NCBI RefSeq assembly: GCF_001194135.2 | Contig: NC_068985.1 | Span: 39,918,319 to 39,982,318 of the forward strand | Length of the DNA stretch: 64,000 nucleotides | Direction: 5' to 3' | Origin: Octopus bimaculoides | Taxonomy: Eukaryota | In this document: piece by piece, positions 63,210 to 64,000 of the stretch | Position numbering within the stretch: position 1 is the first letter of the stretch | Layout: each line of letters starts with the position of its first letter | The notes under the pieces: generated by a model | Told to the model about the DNA's origin: nothing | What the model saw: the letters and a program-made list of their open reading frames with translations, nothing else | Databases searched by the model: none | Program-made: the position numbers and the translations under genes

Positions 63210-63505
63210 ACAATAAGCACCAAAAATGTACAGAAAATGGCCAGGTGGGTAAGCTAGAATTAGTAGATAGCTTCTGGTATTTAGGTGACCAAGTTAGTAG
63301 TGGAGGTGGATGCTCCAAGAGCATAGCTGTGAGAATAATAGGCTAGGAAAAGTTCAGAGAGCTCTTACTTCTACTGGTGATAAAGGGCCTTTCCCTCAGT
63401 GAAAGGCAGATTGTATGATGCCTGTGTGCTATGCTACATGGCAGTGAAACATGGGCTGTGACAGCTGAGGACATGCGTAGGCTTGAAAGAAATGAAGCCA
63501 GTATA
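63210..63505 (+). mobile_element. RTE LINE RT fragment
   Basis: F.YLGDQVSSGGGCS.SI...RIIG..KFRELL...KGRLYDA...LHGSETWAVTAEDMRRLERNEAS. Confidence 0.8.
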
Positions 63506-64000
63506 CATGTAAATTATTGAAGTGAATGTAATGTCGGTGTCAACTTGCTGACATTATCTACATTTTATGAGGCACGAAGTTCTTTTACAACGTCAGGTTA
63601 TCTTCAAATATAAGCAATTTTTTATGTGGTTAAGTGTGCAATATCAAAATGAAAGTTTAATATGACATGCATATGGTGTCATAACACTTGTAAAGTGTCC
63701 TACATTTAAAGCGCCATATCATATATATATATGTGTGTGTATATATATGTATATATATATAATGTGAGGTCATCAGGAAAGAACATTATAGATTGTGAGG
63801 CCTAGCATTTGTAGGGATTTCAAATTGCTTAATGTCAGAGATTGTAAAGGATGAAATATACAATGGTAACTACAGTTAAATGATGGTCTGGGGACATCTT
63901 ATTCAGTGTGTACTTTTTTTTAAAGCCAGTTGAGAGTAATATGAAGCAAATTTGTTTTTTCTAGTCGGTTGGTTGCTTGACTACATGGAAGGCTCCTTGC

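Overview
Eukaryotic, AT-rich, gap-ridden draft assembly. The SINE, RTE and microsatellite landscape looks like an octopus (Octopus sp.); this is recognition from memory, not a database result. Three genes are well supported: a canonical tRNA-Gly(GCC) at 9445-9515, a two-exon CCDC51/MITOK gene on + (10041-10268 joined to 13069-13974, 377 aa), and an intact, completely intronless alanine aminotransferase on - (58299-59759, 486 aa) that looks like a functional retrogene. The rest is mostly transposon debris: several tRNA-derived SINE families, many RTE LINE pieces, a decayed Ty3/Gypsy integrase with its 3' LTR, a solo LTR, two Penelope-like fragments, mariner, Tigger/pogo and Merlin fossils, and MITEs. 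The most unusual structures are (i) a young Merlin-type MITE with an 8-bp TSD carrying a (CCCTAA)n(TTAGGG)n palindrome that includes an exact 22-nt telomeric G-quadruplex sequence, (ii) a Penelope remnant with inverted hammerhead-ribozyme-bearing termini and an internal tRNA-like Pol III head, and (iii) a roughly 43-kb CpG-depleted domain between the two protein genes with no identified exons. Repeat boundaries are manual and approximate unless a TSD is quoted.
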